IMG/VR virus record: IMGVR_UViG_3300042471_000228
Location: 1-64,000 of that record
Source: a virus
DNA: 64,000 bases
Direction: 5' to 3' (one strand)
Part shown: positions 29,601 through 39,454 of the stretch, piece by piece
Layout: each line of letters starts with the position of its first letter
Position numbering within the stretch: position 1 is the stretch's first letter
Made by a program: the position numbers and the translations under genes
Notes under the pieces: model-generated
What the model was told of the DNA's origin: nothing
Databases searched by the model: none
Seen by the model: only the letters and a program-made list of their open reading frames with translations

Positions 29601-31152
29601 TAAGCATTTGTGTATACTGTCCGGTTTTTGTTACTGCTAAATTTACAGCTTGTATCGGACCCGCCATCAAGAAACCTGATAAGAATACTTCTAAACCTTG
29701 ACCACTCATTTGTGATTTAAGTCCGTGTTCCAAAGATTCTTTCATAAAACCTTGATGCGCACGAGAAGGATCATTATAAGTACCTATGTAATACTTCTTC
29801 ATTGCTTCAGCTACACCTTCTTGATACACTTCTTGTGTACCTTCCATGACGTTAGCTGACATATATCTTATACCATTCTTAGGAAGATTCTTTACAGATT
29901 GTTTTAAAAACTCTTTGTTTGCAAGTCTTCCTATACCATACAATACTTCATATGGATTCTTTCCACTCTTTAACCAATCAGCATTTTTAATTATACTACC
30001 ACGAACAGACTTAGAAGCAGCATGTTCTACTTGCGCCATACCGGGAATACCTTTAAGTAATCTGTTGAGTACAACTTTATTACTTGCATAGATACCTGCC
30101 ATGTTAGCGTAACTTGTAGAGTATCCTGCTTTTAATGCTTGATCATATATCTTCTTAGATTCTTGATCATTAGGATCTCTACCTTCTTTTGCTCTAAATT
30201 CTTTTATTAGATCATTAGCAACTTCATTCTGTACAAATCCTCCTTCGAGTTTTGCTTCAGATGATACTAAGTTAATCTCACGTAAGTCTCTATAGAATGA
30301 TCCAAAAGATTTATACGCTTTTGCAAAATCATCCATTTTATCCCAACCCATTGCAGCTCTCTCACTTTTTCTGAAAAGATCTGCTGTATTTTGAAATGGT
30401 AATATAACACGTGATACTTTACCTACAGCATCCCATGTTTTTCTTGCTTCGTTTATATTAGAACCTGTTCTAAATACATCTGATAATCTATCAAATGCTT
30501 TACCAAGTCTTAATATATTTTTTGTAGTACCTGCTGCAGCAACACCTGCTCCTACACCAGTCGCTGCTAAACCAGCAAAGACTGCTTCTTCTGCAATAAT
30601 AGATCCTATAACACCTGCAGTATATGCTGAGTTTACACCAAAGTTTACTGCTTTAGCACCGAAACCTTCTCTTGAAGATGAACCGATATTCATATATCTT
30701 TCCATCTCAATTGCATTATCTACATCAGGTCTTCCTGAAAGAAGATCATCCCAGTTACCAAATGTTCCACTAGCTGCTAATCCTACAAGACGTGGGAACT
30801 GTTTAGAAGCTCTTAGAGTATCATCCCATAGACTAGACTTTTCATTATATATAGTTTCGTTATCTCTGAATGGAGAAAATCCTAATTGTTTAAACTTAGG
30901 ATGCGCATAATATCTATCAAAGTTTTGTCCGTTTACATCTGAGTTAAAAGTATACGGTTTATCATATTTTAAAACATCTGCTTTAGGAGCTTCAGTAAGA
31001 AACTTATTCATGTCAGCCATCGCTCGCTCGCGAGCTTCTGCTGCAGTTTTTGGTGCAGGTTGTGGATTTGGTCCTGTTAATGCGTTACCTACATTTTTTC
31101 TAATATCAACATTAAAAGGCTTACCACTTGGTAAATTATATATTCTACTCAT
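23653..31152 (-). CDS. Giant ejection/polyvalent protein (2499 aa) with PD-(D/E)xK nuclease domain
   Basis: N-terminal hydrophobic Gly/Ala helices and EGTQEVYQ motif; RGNIID...GEMDIL...IIDMKS...QQLAY RecB-like motifs. Confidence 0.72.
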   Translation of the reverse strand: MSRIYNLPSGKPFNVDIRKNVGNALTGPNPQPAPKTAAEARERAMADMNKFLTEAPKADVLKYDKPYTFNSDVNGQNFDRYYAHPKFKQLGFSPFRDNETIYNEKSSLWDDTLRASKQFPRLVGLAASGTFGNWDDLLSGRPDVDNAIEMERYMNIGSSSREGFGAKAVNFGVNSAYTAGVIGSIIAEEAVFAGLAATGVGAGVAAAGTTKNILRLGKAFDRLSDVFRTGSNINEARKTWDAVGKVSRVILPFQNTADLFRKSERAAMGWDKMDDFAKAYKSFGSFYRDLREINLVSSEAKLEGGFVQNEVANDLIKEFRAKEGRDPNDQESKKIYDQALKAGYSTSYANMAGIYASNKVVLNRLLKGIPGMAQVEHAASKSVRGSIIKNADWLKSGKNPYEVLYGIGRLANKEFLKQSVKNLPKNGIRYMSANVMEGTQEVYQEGVAEAMKKYYIGTYNDPSRAHQGFMKESLEHGLKSQMSGQGLEVFLSGFLMAGPIQAVNLAVTKTGQYTQMLNLKRQEKAFTADPKNAGKENPYTKKLNEFKDWDSKVVTALNDLTKNKKEYFSKLYRNVKEQKDLADVFEDAALNNDTKTAIDTNDDSLFTHIKTLRKSGTLDLFKEQLQGLSELSNDELAEAFNEKPGANPVDKKTVGERIQSVLNRIDDVDKHLTEVEKIANPYDAKADFFNWLGFEEARDLVAYNDFSYNRVGNRMVSIQDDIKTMMGSVGLDPLYGDIANLFSVGRGGNILMGATDNLGMESELELLKQEIDNLKGATEPELVRRRNQLTAKRNTLQTLSVSVQNAVTAYKLLNGQNLTDQEKQDNIERADEAEKLLYDAFKKHLTTIGTSGATGAATGIFDKTIDELFQKYKDYWRLDADKANIANAINILYNPELFAQSVERLATAASEADRVKAEEAKKMAVEYQKRYATNDFLNDLLSKYNVFVSEEEAEAYLNNDIVPTKFINADTGYEIDPRKEAQKYDEILDLIDQYDEIFFERTGQRLFKPTRQDVGVRLAGTVKGTDKEIGQLVPQFEAGDKRTLSDLAAEYGFDKGRNESQVKLDTLLNAIINNKFATQAQKELARKLITLTDKTEVVTFRSNHYMNSTYDTQNGIIVDARYSSSDYGAKVSVPLEYSILNAIMQKVITDSLSDTTFATKISELRTLAVNGSNDTEKLLFKYALANDRAFLGELLTNGDFQEHLAGMEYTGEQTDLTAEATTMWSKFLDILNDLLKNILGFNTSLYREAMAVTLNKLSQPTTGTKPAGTPQTPSPGPTQSPIDVDKQDAELMAKLREKYDAIIAGMTPEDASRMNFDSWMISDSRALEITRKHKADKIRQQAAGTQGGGSPMVTAAIKRNTLTSIGYTIEEINALSDTEIDDLYNRRDEIAKGFVPNLNQQDWGDIDVQMNTAKEKAAVLNLALTEDGKQYVQYDENGNPIPATERERVSTVVKENKSSVNNVAAARGNIIDALYKKYLLGDIQSFEEFKKYYTEVQKKPRNAYVNFNDAMLEDLFDIVRNVQRELNKKGLKVIPDFPIISGMLGNIPTAGEMDILAYNKAGKVFIIDMKSSYTNRRLAYDVYNKMSKALGANFTDFATKLKENDYYIKRTIDSYTDPAERAMIEDKLDEILNNFPVEKKSISEGNDVKAQIFYVIDDRAQQLAYKELLRQNTGLEVDSINIFPIITSTAKSGVMSQAQLEREILSITENEQGQNVIRVGGYSIAVDNSKTIYDLNIPAVTQTVTTYPENPIKKQGAPTVTDIIADDIYNNFVDNNIVPQDILDSIADKVMKRETLSQRETAIFNGKTSEINEIIKKKAAPAGTQTGTDAKISPYGMIAADYLFTGGQGVMLSTDYFIQALSGAFYKAGVAIEQIRQKYINQGIDLGNLKDAIGTENYTKIIDEIRSVIESTYNNQEVNDIFNVVLNNATGFPYRLGQEVLSKLETLNEQLTTQQPTVSTDAKADIEAKKADIEKRRSSSLRWITQTSLNFDAGRGYVSTYNVAGSEIIDSNGKPSGIYRDTETIREETKEEVEKEINAKYDAEYIDAVKKGTMTREQAMQALEEAGRKDSKAYAELDALEGGKEEPTKTYDNKSIAKSLQGKVIYITPDAYTVGNMSTHSEDLILGSDLIQEAILELDINAVKARLETLAQDKGKIGSSAKALLDFINKNGVTPDNITGKGNFLYKLATLERDGDSSISSMIYPVALSKANTLVSGTNKTVVFDSPSILPYGRIDLAILNGMSSFTVTAPVTPTGRTGIADKERLFVGTKKRVMTDSSESIITGGPKSQIPKKLKDIRALLNGVNNKEDFNTTMLMLNTLERTGVLDELLEEQNLPLDQYIALRNQKREQINKQLSIKDLVNKGENTLIRFLNKKNEERIGLVIGETQDNKLEIKDVTDEYNKGAQGGLFVDVDDLSYAGLGSKAKSLKLAERDVNEKVLGMIEETKVDKSDTTTKQQSNSGQNAADQSVNERKESLEGFDPFNKDEQKTNDEDLFSC

Positions 31153-34100
31153 TTGTTTGTTCCTGTGATGGTGTTCTCAATAAATCAAAGTTTTGCTTGT
31201 ATCTAGATGCAAGCTCAAGATTAATCTTTTCATACATATCATTTACATCAAAGTCACCGTAGTCACCCATTACTAATTCTTCTAATTGACCAGTTTCAGG
31301 ATTCATATACTTACGTGTTAATGTAAAGGATTTAGTACCGCTAACTGGATCTTTTACAATAGAACCGGTTCCACCAAATTCATTGTAAGCATTTACGTCA
31401 ACTCTTCCATTATTATGTAGTAAGAACTCTTGAGGTGTTGGTTCTGTCGATGTAAAGAAAGTTGAACTTACTTTATCTCTATCAAGTAATAGAGAGACTT
31501 TATTATCTCCTGATTCTGCAAGACCTGCTGTAATACCGGGATTGTTCTCACTACCATCATATTTGTTTATGAAGTCTTGATCAATCTCAAATGTTACAGC
31601 TACTTTGTTAGGATTATTTTGTGTAATACCAACTCTTGTAATATCAAACAATGGACGTTTACTATCTTTAGTTTTCCATTTTGTTGACAAAGATTCTTTT
31701 AAAAGATTTGAAATAATAGATTGTGCTTGTGTAGAGTTGTTAACCTCATCTTCTCCGGTTATGTTTGTAGCATCTCCTAATGTAAACAAAGCACCTTTCA
31801 TAGTAGGATTACTTAATGCAGGAGCAATATCTTTCAAGTATAGATCTTTTACAACAGCTCTAAGTGGTCCAGGTTGAGCAGGATCAAAAGAGAATCTGCG
31901 ATTGTTTCTTCCAACAAGACCACCACCTTCACCAACAGTATTTACACCAATACCTAATCCGGGAACTTCACCTCTATCATAAACACGATTGTATCTTTCC
32001 ATTGCTGTCTCATATACATCGGCAGCGTCATCCATAACAATATCCATAACAAATGTTGCTGCAGGATTCATCATAGGATTATCAATTGTGTTTCTATATT
32101 TTCTAGAATATTCATTGATAAATTCCCGCTCACTTCTTCTATGACCAGTCTCATCAATTAATAATTCAGTACCATCATTACCATATAATCCAACAAGTCT
32201 TTGACGAATTGCTAAATCATCTTTACGTGCTTTCTTAAATGCAGATTGACGCATCTGATCAGCTGTCTGAATTCTTTGATTAATTTCAGTAGATCTTGAC
32301 TTAAATGTTTGCTTTCCTCTGAAAAGACCATTACCTTCAGTTGCAATAAAACTATCTAGTCGCTTATTAATATTCTGAATGTTATAAGGACTATTAGGAT
32401 TACTAGCATCTACGTGACCTTTAACATTTACTATTCTACCAGAATCATCAACATAACCACCTTGTGTTACTGTAGGAGGTACTGTTTCTTCATCATCTGA
32501 TAGATAGTTATATAAACCTGCTCCAACAGCAGTTACTCCTGCTGCTACTAACAATCCCCAACCTACTGGGTTCCATGCATTTACTGTACCTGCTGCTGCT
32601 AATGGTACAGCTGCACTTGCGGCAGCTACACCAGCGGTACCTGCTGCTACTGCGATACCTCCTGCAGCTACTCCTGGTGTAAGAGCATCAGTACCTCTTT
32701 GAGCTTGTGTTGTAGGTGTTGATACAACTTGTGCTTTACCAAATATTTCTTCTTTCTGTCTCTTAGCACTTGCAACTTGTTCTTTAGAATATGCACCTGG
32801 GTTATTAATAATGCTATCAAGTTCAGAAAGTACAAATGTCATCTTCTCTTGAACAGCCATATCATAATCACCCATCTTCGCTTTCACTTGTTGTTGTGCT
32901 ATTGCAGCAGCACCACCTTCAGGAATACCTGTTCCACCTGGTCCAGGTTCAACAGGAATACCTTGTTCATTAAAGTCAAGTGTTGATTCACTACCAGGTA
33001 GTCCACCATTCTCTAATGTATATTCAAATAATTTTAATTCTTTTTGTTTATCGAATTTAAGCATCTCCATCTCATAATCGATAGCTGCTTTGTATTCGAT
33101 CTCTTCCATTTTTAAACCATGATCAAATGATGCTAGAGCATATTTATCTTCGGTTATCTCTTCTTCCATTGTAAGATTAGCATACTGTGATGCATAATCA
33201 AACATTTCAGATGTCAATAAACTCTGTGCTTTTGCAGAGTCAACTCTATAACGCATTGACTCAATATCTAAATTCTGAGCATTCTCAGTTTCATTGAGTG
33301 CTTGTGTAGAAGCATTTGCTACACTATTAGCAGATTCTTCTTGACTATTTAGATTGTTTAAATAATCTAAGAAGTTTTGATCTGCTACATCATTAACGGG
33401 AACGTCGTTTATACTTTTCTCTGCAACTTTATTAGAATCGCTAATAGAAGTTTTAACAGACTCAGCGTCTTTTAATAACTTCTTCTGTTGTTCATTAATC
33501 TTAGCGAGTGCATCATTTAGATATATTCTCTCAGCTTCTTCATCAGAACCATAAACACTAGCGTTACCTGTAATAAAATCTTTTCTATCTAAGTAAGCTT
33601 GTGTTTTATACATCTCTATAGCCTGTGGATTATTCAGAGTTCTATTCATGAATGTCTGAGTCAAGTCTTCAACAATACCAGGACCATTCTTAACAGTTAC
33701 TCTATATTTACCATCAGGAGTTAGAGTTACCTCAGTTCTTTCAAAACCCATTTCTTTTGCAAACGCCATTACGTCTTCGTAAACATTTACATAAGGTGTA
33801 TATGTAGGATTCTGAAATGATAGAGATTGATCAGCTGTAGCTTTTACAAAATCTTCAGCTTGATAATTTAATGCGCGAACACCACCATCCCACCATTTTC
33901 CTCCACACTTTTTAGGATCTGTACAATTTTTAAGTGCTTCAGCACGAGATTGTTGATTTCTCCAATTCTTAGTATAAGAAATATCTTTTTGAATATACTT
34001 ATCATCTATGATAGGTTGAAATACTTTTTGAGCAGCAGATACATTTTGTTCTTTAGATAGATCTAACCCCGCTACCTTTTTTATTTCATTATCAATTTGT

Positions 34101-34306
34101 GTAAAGAACTGATCTCTTCGTTCTATATTATCAGAACGAAGCATTTCTGAGTTTAGTAATGTCCCATAGATGTTACTTAATTTTTCATAACCTGCTTTAT
34201 ACTGAGCTTCTTTTGTTTGAAGAGCATTAGTATAAAAATTAAAGTCGGGTTTAAAAGGTTGTAACCTAGGTATATAATCTGTTATTCCTTGTATATAGGT
34301 AGCCAT
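31145..34306 (-). CDS. Cargo/ejection protein with long hydrophobic segment (1053 aa)
   Basis: ~55-residue Gly/Ala hydrophobic hairpin containing WNPVGWG; position between cargo genes and RNAP triplet. Confidence 0.6.
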   Translation of the reverse strand: MATYIQGITDYIPRLQPFKPDFNFYTNALQTKEAQYKAGYEKLSNIYGTLLNSEMLRSDNIERRDQFFTQIDNEIKKVAGLDLSKEQNVSAAQKVFQPIIDDKYIQKDISYTKNWRNQQSRAEALKNCTDPKKCGGKWWDGGVRALNYQAEDFVKATADQSLSFQNPTYTPYVNVYEDVMAFAKEMGFERTEVTLTPDGKYRVTVKNGPGIVEDLTQTFMNRTLNNPQAIEMYKTQAYLDRKDFITGNASVYGSDEEAERIYLNDALAKINEQQKKLLKDAESVKTSISDSNKVAEKSINDVPVNDVADQNFLDYLNNLNSQEESANSVANASTQALNETENAQNLDIESMRYRVDSAKAQSLLTSEMFDYASQYANLTMEEEITEDKYALASFDHGLKMEEIEYKAAIDYEMEMLKFDKQKELKLFEYTLENGGLPGSESTLDFNEQGIPVEPGPGGTGIPEGGAAAIAQQQVKAKMGDYDMAVQEKMTFVLSELDSIINNPGAYSKEQVASAKRQKEEIFGKAQVVSTPTTQAQRGTDALTPGVAAGGIAVAAGTAGVAAASAAVPLAAAGTVNAWNPVGWGLLVAAGVTAVGAGLYNYLSDDEETVPPTVTQGGYVDDSGRIVNVKGHVDASNPNSPYNIQNINKRLDSFIATEGNGLFRGKQTFKSRSTEINQRIQTADQMRQSAFKKARKDDLAIRQRLVGLYGNDGTELLIDETGHRRSEREFINEYSRKYRNTIDNPMMNPAATFVMDIVMDDAADVYETAMERYNRVYDRGEVPGLGIGVNTVGEGGGLVGRNNRRFSFDPAQPGPLRAVVKDLYLKDIAPALSNPTMKGALFTLGDATNITGEDEVNNSTQAQSIISNLLKESLSTKWKTKDSKRPLFDITRVGITQNNPNKVAVTFEIDQDFINKYDGSENNPGITAGLAESGDNKVSLLLDRDKVSSTFFTSTEPTPQEFLLHNNGRVDVNAYNEFGGTGSIVKDPVSGTKSFTLTRKYMNPETGQLEELVMGDYGDFDVNDMYEKINLELASRYKQNFDLLRTPSQEQTNE

Positions 34307-34332
34307 AATTCTTTGTAAATATACTAAATAGT

Positions 34333-36951
34333 TTAACCTTGATCATAATAACCACCATATCCAGCTCCTGTTTGCACAGGATACATTGATGCTAATGATT
34401 TCATATAGTCATCTGCGTAATTGGATTGAGTATTATCTGACATTAATTTCAAGAGTGTTTCATCATCTTCTTCTGGAAAACGATTTCTCAATAATGCAAA
34501 AGCATCCGCTTTCTGTTGACTATAAGGATTACTTGGATTTAGTTCATCACCTCCTGTAAATTCTACAAAACCACCAGAAGAAGGATCTGTCATATAGTGA
34601 TTACCATACACTTCGTTTAGTGCTTGTCCTTGTGCTCTATTAGTAATGGCATTAATTAGAGATTCTCTAATTCCTTGTCTTGCTTGAGCATTAGCATTAT
34701 CAAACTGTTGATTAGCAATAATAGTTTTATCATAGTAATCTTGCGCAGATGCTGCGTTTGCCATTCCAGTTTGATTGAATATATTTGCTTTTGTCAACTC
34801 AAACTGATTTGCCGCACCTACATTTATATTGTTGTATCTACCTAGTGTATCAGCAGTAGCTTTAGCAGCATTACCTTGAATCTGAGAAGCGCGTGCGTTG
34901 TATGCTTGTGCAGGTGCATATGCTCCAGCACCTTGAGTAGCAATATTTGCTTGCTCAGATATTGCAGCAAGTTCTCTAGTGGGATCGTAAAAAGTTGGTT
35001 CTGGTATATACGGTGCTAACTTAGGTGTCCACGGCATGTATTTCTTTACACGCATTAAATCACCAAAAGCACCTGCTGTAGCAATAGCATCTTGTAACCA
35101 CCATTCAGCACCAGGTCTTTCACGTCTTTGAGTTACATCAAGTTCATTTGTTGGTATTTCTCCTGGTCCTTCTGTTTCATCAACTTCAACATCTTGCATC
35201 TCAGGATCAATAGTGTATGCATCTAAATGATCTAGACCAATTTTTGCATCATCAGCACTTCTATAAATTTTACCTTCTGCACCTTTAAATGTTCTTTCAT
35301 TTCTTGCCGTCAATCCATCTTTAGGATCTGTTACAAACTCTTTAGTATATAGTTTAGATGGATCGTTTACTTTATCTCCTAGTTTCTTTACATCATAACC
35401 ATACAAACTAAGCATACCTTTACGATTTTGAATCTTAGACGAATCATCTAAATTTTCATAATCATCAAAAGTACCATTAGGATTAGTAGCTTGCCAGTAT
35501 CTGAATTCTAACATATCAGGATCAGCAAATCCATAGAAACCATCATCTCTTTTCTTTCCTTTTCCTTTTGGTACATTAGCTTCAGTTGCATTTTCATATT
35601 GAGATTGTGAAGCAATTTTAAATCCAGGAGCACCAAGATCTTTTAATCCTGTGCCTTTATTGTAAGATGATACTTTTGTAATAAAGTCTTTATCTTTTAA
35701 AGACATTGCATCTTTTGCTCCTGCATAGATGATCCAACCATCATTTGTTTTTTTAGCAAATCCTTTTTTATCTAGATCTTCTAAAAGAGCATTTGCTGCT
35801 TTTACATCCTCTTCAATAGATCCGTACTGAGGTTTATAATTCTCAGCACCTGAGAAAGACTGTCTTGTAGGAGTATTCTTATAGCCTATTTTAGTTACTT
35901 GTCTAAGTTTACCATTAGCATCTCTAAAGTAGTCACCAGCTTTTAAACTAGGATCACCTTGTTTTTTTACCTTAGACTCATCAATTTTTGCTTTAGATGG
36001 TTTACTCTGACTTACAGTTTTCTGAGTAGTCTTATTTGTTGTAGTGTTCATTACTGTACCAGGCTTAATAAAATCATTTGGTACACTAACACTTTGCGGC
36101 ATTGCAACACCTCTTCCGTCTACATAATACGCTCTACCTTGTGGATCAACATTTAAGTATATACCACTAGTAGGATCGAACTGTTGCTGTTGTCTTAGTC
36201 TATCTAATCTCCTTTGCAAACGATTCTGTCTTCTTACATTCATACCAAACTGTGCTTCCGGCATAGTTTCTTCATCTACAAATTCTTGTTCAGAAGGATT
36301 CTCCATTTCATACATGTCATCATCCAGCATCTCTTCCTGACCAGTCTCTTCAGTTCTTAATGGTAGCATATCCTTAGGATCAATCTGATTTACCATCATA
36401 TATGGAAGTGCTACAGTAGGAATACCATCTGGGAATCCTTTCATAGATTCTTGATATGCAGCAAGCTTTGCTAACTTAATATTGTAGTTAGAAATCATCT
36501 GCTCAGCAGTTTCCTTGCTACGCTTATCTAAATCAGGATCAGCAAGAATCTCACGATACTTATTGATATCATATTTCTTAGCAATAGCTGCAGGAGTTTT
36601 AGATTTAGTTTCTCCAAACTCTGCAAGAATCTCAGGATCCTTTATAATCATTGCACGAGTGTCACTAAAAATAAAACTCTCATCTGGTACATTTAAGGGT
36701 ACACCTCCTTGAGCATGTCTTTTACCTGATATATTAAAATGTGCAGGTAGACCACCAACTTTAGTTAGTACTGTTTCACCACCTTCAGCTTCTATAGTAG
36801 CTTGCTTTCTAGGTGCAGCTGTCAAGTTTTTTCTAACCTTCATAGGTTCTTGACTCATACCATTAGGTATGTACATTGGAGCTAGTTGATTGTAACTAAC
36901 TCCTCCGTCTTTTTTCTGAGGTATGCTTTTTATTTTTACTCTTCTAACCAT
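34333..36951 (-). CDS. Cargo protein (crAss cargo-protein-1-like, 872 aa)
   Basis: IEAEGGETV...GKRHAQGGV...FIFSD N-terminal domain; Q/N/A-rich helical C-terminus. Confidence 0.6.
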   Translation of the reverse strand: MVRRVKIKSIPQKKDGGVSYNQLAPMYIPNGMSQEPMKVRKNLTAAPRKQATIEAEGGETVLTKVGGLPAHFNISGKRHAQGGVPLNVPDESFIFSDTRAMIIKDPEILAEFGETKSKTPAAIAKKYDINKYREILADPDLDKRSKETAEQMISNYNIKLAKLAAYQESMKGFPDGIPTVALPYMMVNQIDPKDMLPLRTEETGQEEMLDDDMYEMENPSEQEFVDEETMPEAQFGMNVRRQNRLQRRLDRLRQQQQFDPTSGIYLNVDPQGRAYYVDGRGVAMPQSVSVPNDFIKPGTVMNTTTNKTTQKTVSQSKPSKAKIDESKVKKQGDPSLKAGDYFRDANGKLRQVTKIGYKNTPTRQSFSGAENYKPQYGSIEEDVKAANALLEDLDKKGFAKKTNDGWIIYAGAKDAMSLKDKDFITKVSSYNKGTGLKDLGAPGFKIASQSQYENATEANVPKGKGKKRDDGFYGFADPDMLEFRYWQATNPNGTFDDYENLDDSSKIQNRKGMLSLYGYDVKKLGDKVNDPSKLYTKEFVTDPKDGLTARNERTFKGAEGKIYRSADDAKIGLDHLDAYTIDPEMQDVEVDETEGPGEIPTNELDVTQRRERPGAEWWLQDAIATAGAFGDLMRVKKYMPWTPKLAPYIPEPTFYDPTRELAAISEQANIATQGAGAYAPAQAYNARASQIQGNAAKATADTLGRYNNINVGAANQFELTKANIFNQTGMANAASAQDYYDKTIIANQQFDNANAQARQGIRESLINAITNRAQGQALNEVYGNHYMTDPSSGGFVEFTGGDELNPSNPYSQQKADAFALLRNRFPEEDDETLLKLMSDNTQSNYADDYMKSLASMYPVQTGAGYGGYYDQG

Positions 36952-36957
36952 AATTAA

Positions 36958-39417
36958 TTAGTCTAAGTATTCAACTTGTCCACCCATGTTAATGATCTCC
37001 TGAATCTCTTCGTCACTCAAATAATATTCTCCACCTTTCTTATAGGATCCTCCATATCTAGCATATGGTGATGTAAAGTTATATCCGGGAAATTGTACAG
37101 GTACTTGTTGATCAAGTCTAAAGTATCCTTGATCATTATAATCACCTCTGTCCTTTTTTGTATTTTTTGTATATACCTGATCGGCAGACATTTTATTATA
37201 CACTTCCTTTTTCTTCTTTTCATTACCCATATTCTGAGTAAAACCTTCTATAAGATTTAAACCTGCCAACATTGTTGGTGCTTCGTATGGATTATAACTT
37301 CCCAATTTTTGTCTTACTCTTGTACGACTCTTTAGTTCAAGATCTTCATTTGCTCCTTCAGGCGCTTCTTCGTAAATAGTATTACCTGCGTAATCTTCAC
37401 GTTCTGTAGTATCGTATCCATCCATACTATAACCAGCTGTTCCAAATGGATCTTCTTCTTCTTCTTCATATTCAGAACCCATTTGATACTGAATGAGACC
37501 ACCATATTCTTTTATGTATTCAGGTCTCATATATTGAGAGAAAGTTTCTGCTTCAGATGGTCCCATCATTCCAGGTGCAGGTCGCCAATTACCTATTCTA
37601 TTATAGCGATTCTCTAATCTGTCTAGTTTATTGGATTCTCGTCTAGTTAAACCTTGTCCGTATTGCTCTCCTAAATTACCTTCACGTTGATACAACTCAT
37701 CTATTCTAGAACCTAAATTACGTCTTCTATTCTGGAAAGATTGATTACGCAGTTCAGAATATGCATTGTTATAACCTCTTGGATCATACACAGATTTCAT
37801 AGGAATCTGTTCTTTCTGAGATTTCATTTCTCCGACAGACATAGGATTTCCTCTCTCTGTATAATTAATATCACGATTATTTCGTGCAGCTCTATTAAAG
37901 ATAGAACCTCTTTCACCAGTAGATTCTGCAGATTCTGCAGATTGAGATCCTGCGGTATTACCTAATGCATTTCCTGAAGGACCATATGTATCAAAATAAA
38001 AGTCTATAGACTTAGCTCTGTTACCAGGTAATAGAGCACGTCTCTTATTGATACTCATACGAGATAAGAAAGTTCTGTATTCAGCTGGTGTCATTCCTGC
38101 TGCAGCAGCTTCTTTCTTTTCTTGTTCACTTCCTGCTGCGGGTGCTCCTGCATTTGTAGAAGTTCCTTCTTTAGTTCCTTCTTTTCTTGCTGCTGCTTCC
38201 TCTTCTTTCTTCTTAGCAATATCATCTATAGTTTTTTCTACAATAGATTCTTTTTTAGAATCATCTTCTGTTTTTAAAGTAGTAGGACCTTTTGATTGCA
38301 ATTTAACAGGGGAATCCGTAAAAATAGGATCAATTATACTAGCATCAATTTCTTGAGGTGCAGCATTAGGATCTATGGGAACAGGTAGATATTCTTCTTC
38401 TTCTCCTTCAGGAATTAGTGAGATATTACGCATTTTATTTCGAAAATCTAATTGAGATTGAATATCAGTAGGATTTTCTGGAATGTATTCGTTATCCGGA
38501 TATGGTGATAAAGAATTTCTATTTATTTCATATTGTGAACGTACTTCAATAGGTGTTCCTGCTCCAGGTACATTTTCTGAAAGAATGTTTTGATTATATG
38601 ATGGATTCTGAGTAGTAAGACCTAATGATGGAATACTTGGAACATAGTTAACTATATTAGGATTAACTCCTTGTGCAGCATTAGGATCTATAGGAATAGG
38701 TAAATATTCTTCTTCTCCTTCAGGAAGTAGTGAGATACCAGAACGTAATATAGGAGGATTCATATGATCAAACGGTAGTGTTGCTTGATCTCTAAAATTA
38801 CGACCCATCTGTGCAATAGGCATCTGTTTAGTCTTTATCTTTTTAACGTACACATCATCAGGTGTACCCGCCCATTCTTCAGCAAGTGTTAAGAAATTAT
38901 CTTGAAGTTTTCCTATATTAGCATTATTACTATATGCATCCATCCAAGCATTTGCTTTTGTGAAATCAGGTTGAGGACCAGCAAATCCACCGTATTGGAA
39001 CATATTAGTCAATTCATTCTCGTACTCAGAAGCTTCGTTCATTAACTCTTCTTCCATAGTAGACATAGCTTTTTCTTTGACCTTTCTCAAGAAATCAGCT
39101 ACTCTTGTTGACTTTTGAGAACCCATGTCCATGGAAGATCCACCATCCTGCATCTTTCCATAATGCTGCATGTACTGCATATTCATCTTCTGAATATCAT
39201 TCATTGCTCCACCATCCTGAAAAACAAAAGGTGTTTTAGGAGTAGGTGCACCATAGTTAAAGAACTGGTTCATAGTAGGTGCTTGTGGAAATGCTTCACC
39301 ACCGGTTTTTCTAATCCGTGGTGCAAAACGTGATGGGTTACTATACATAAGGAAATCTCTTAATTCTATTGCAAGAGGATTGTTTTTTTTATTATTACGA
39401 GAGTTTCGTCTTTTCAT
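36958..39417 (-). CDS. Low-complexity cargo/internal virion protein with many xxGG motifs (819 aa)
   Basis: FQDGG, MQDGG, FQYGG, KEYGG, ARYGG, YKKGG; P/E-rich, probably disordered. Confidence 0.6.
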   Translation of the reverse strand: MKRRNSRNNKKNNPLAIELRDFLMYSNPSRFAPRIRKTGGEAFPQAPTMNQFFNYGAPTPKTPFVFQDGGAMNDIQKMNMQYMQHYGKMQDGGSSMDMGSQKSTRVADFLRKVKEKAMSTMEEELMNEASEYENELTNMFQYGGFAGPQPDFTKANAWMDAYSNNANIGKLQDNFLTLAEEWAGTPDDVYVKKIKTKQMPIAQMGRNFRDQATLPFDHMNPPILRSGISLLPEGEEEYLPIPIDPNAAQGVNPNIVNYVPSIPSLGLTTQNPSYNQNILSENVPGAGTPIEVRSQYEINRNSLSPYPDNEYIPENPTDIQSQLDFRNKMRNISLIPEGEEEEYLPVPIDPNAAPQEIDASIIDPIFTDSPVKLQSKGPTTLKTEDDSKKESIVEKTIDDIAKKKEEEAAARKEGTKEGTSTNAGAPAAGSEQEKKEAAAAGMTPAEYRTFLSRMSINKRRALLPGNRAKSIDFYFDTYGPSGNALGNTAGSQSAESAESTGERGSIFNRAARNNRDINYTERGNPMSVGEMKSQKEQIPMKSVYDPRGYNNAYSELRNQSFQNRRRNLGSRIDELYQREGNLGEQYGQGLTRRESNKLDRLENRYNRIGNWRPAPGMMGPSEAETFSQYMRPEYIKEYGGLIQYQMGSEYEEEEEDPFGTAGYSMDGYDTTEREDYAGNTIYEEAPEGANEDLELKSRTRVRQKLGSYNPYEAPTMLAGLNLIEGFTQNMGNEKKKKEVYNKMSADQVYTKNTKKDRGDYNDQGYFRLDQQVPVQFPGYNFTSPYARYGGSYKKGGEYYLSDEEIQEIINMGGQVEYLD
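38358..38737 (-). repeat. Intragenic direct repeat (~65 bp) encoding ISL[LI]PEGEEE(E)YLP[IV]PIDPNAA
   Basis: Copies at ~38358-38425 and ~38674-38737. Confidence 0.85.
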
Positions 39418-39454
39418 CTGGCTAATATAGTGATTATATACAAGATACTAAAAT

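Noticed and set aside
6590-31152. Inteins or a tape-measure protein within the giant ORFs
   Set aside because: No intein N-terminal C/S block with HN-[CST] end or LAGLIDADG motifs noticed; RNAP motifs and synteny fit podovirus-type ejection proteins.
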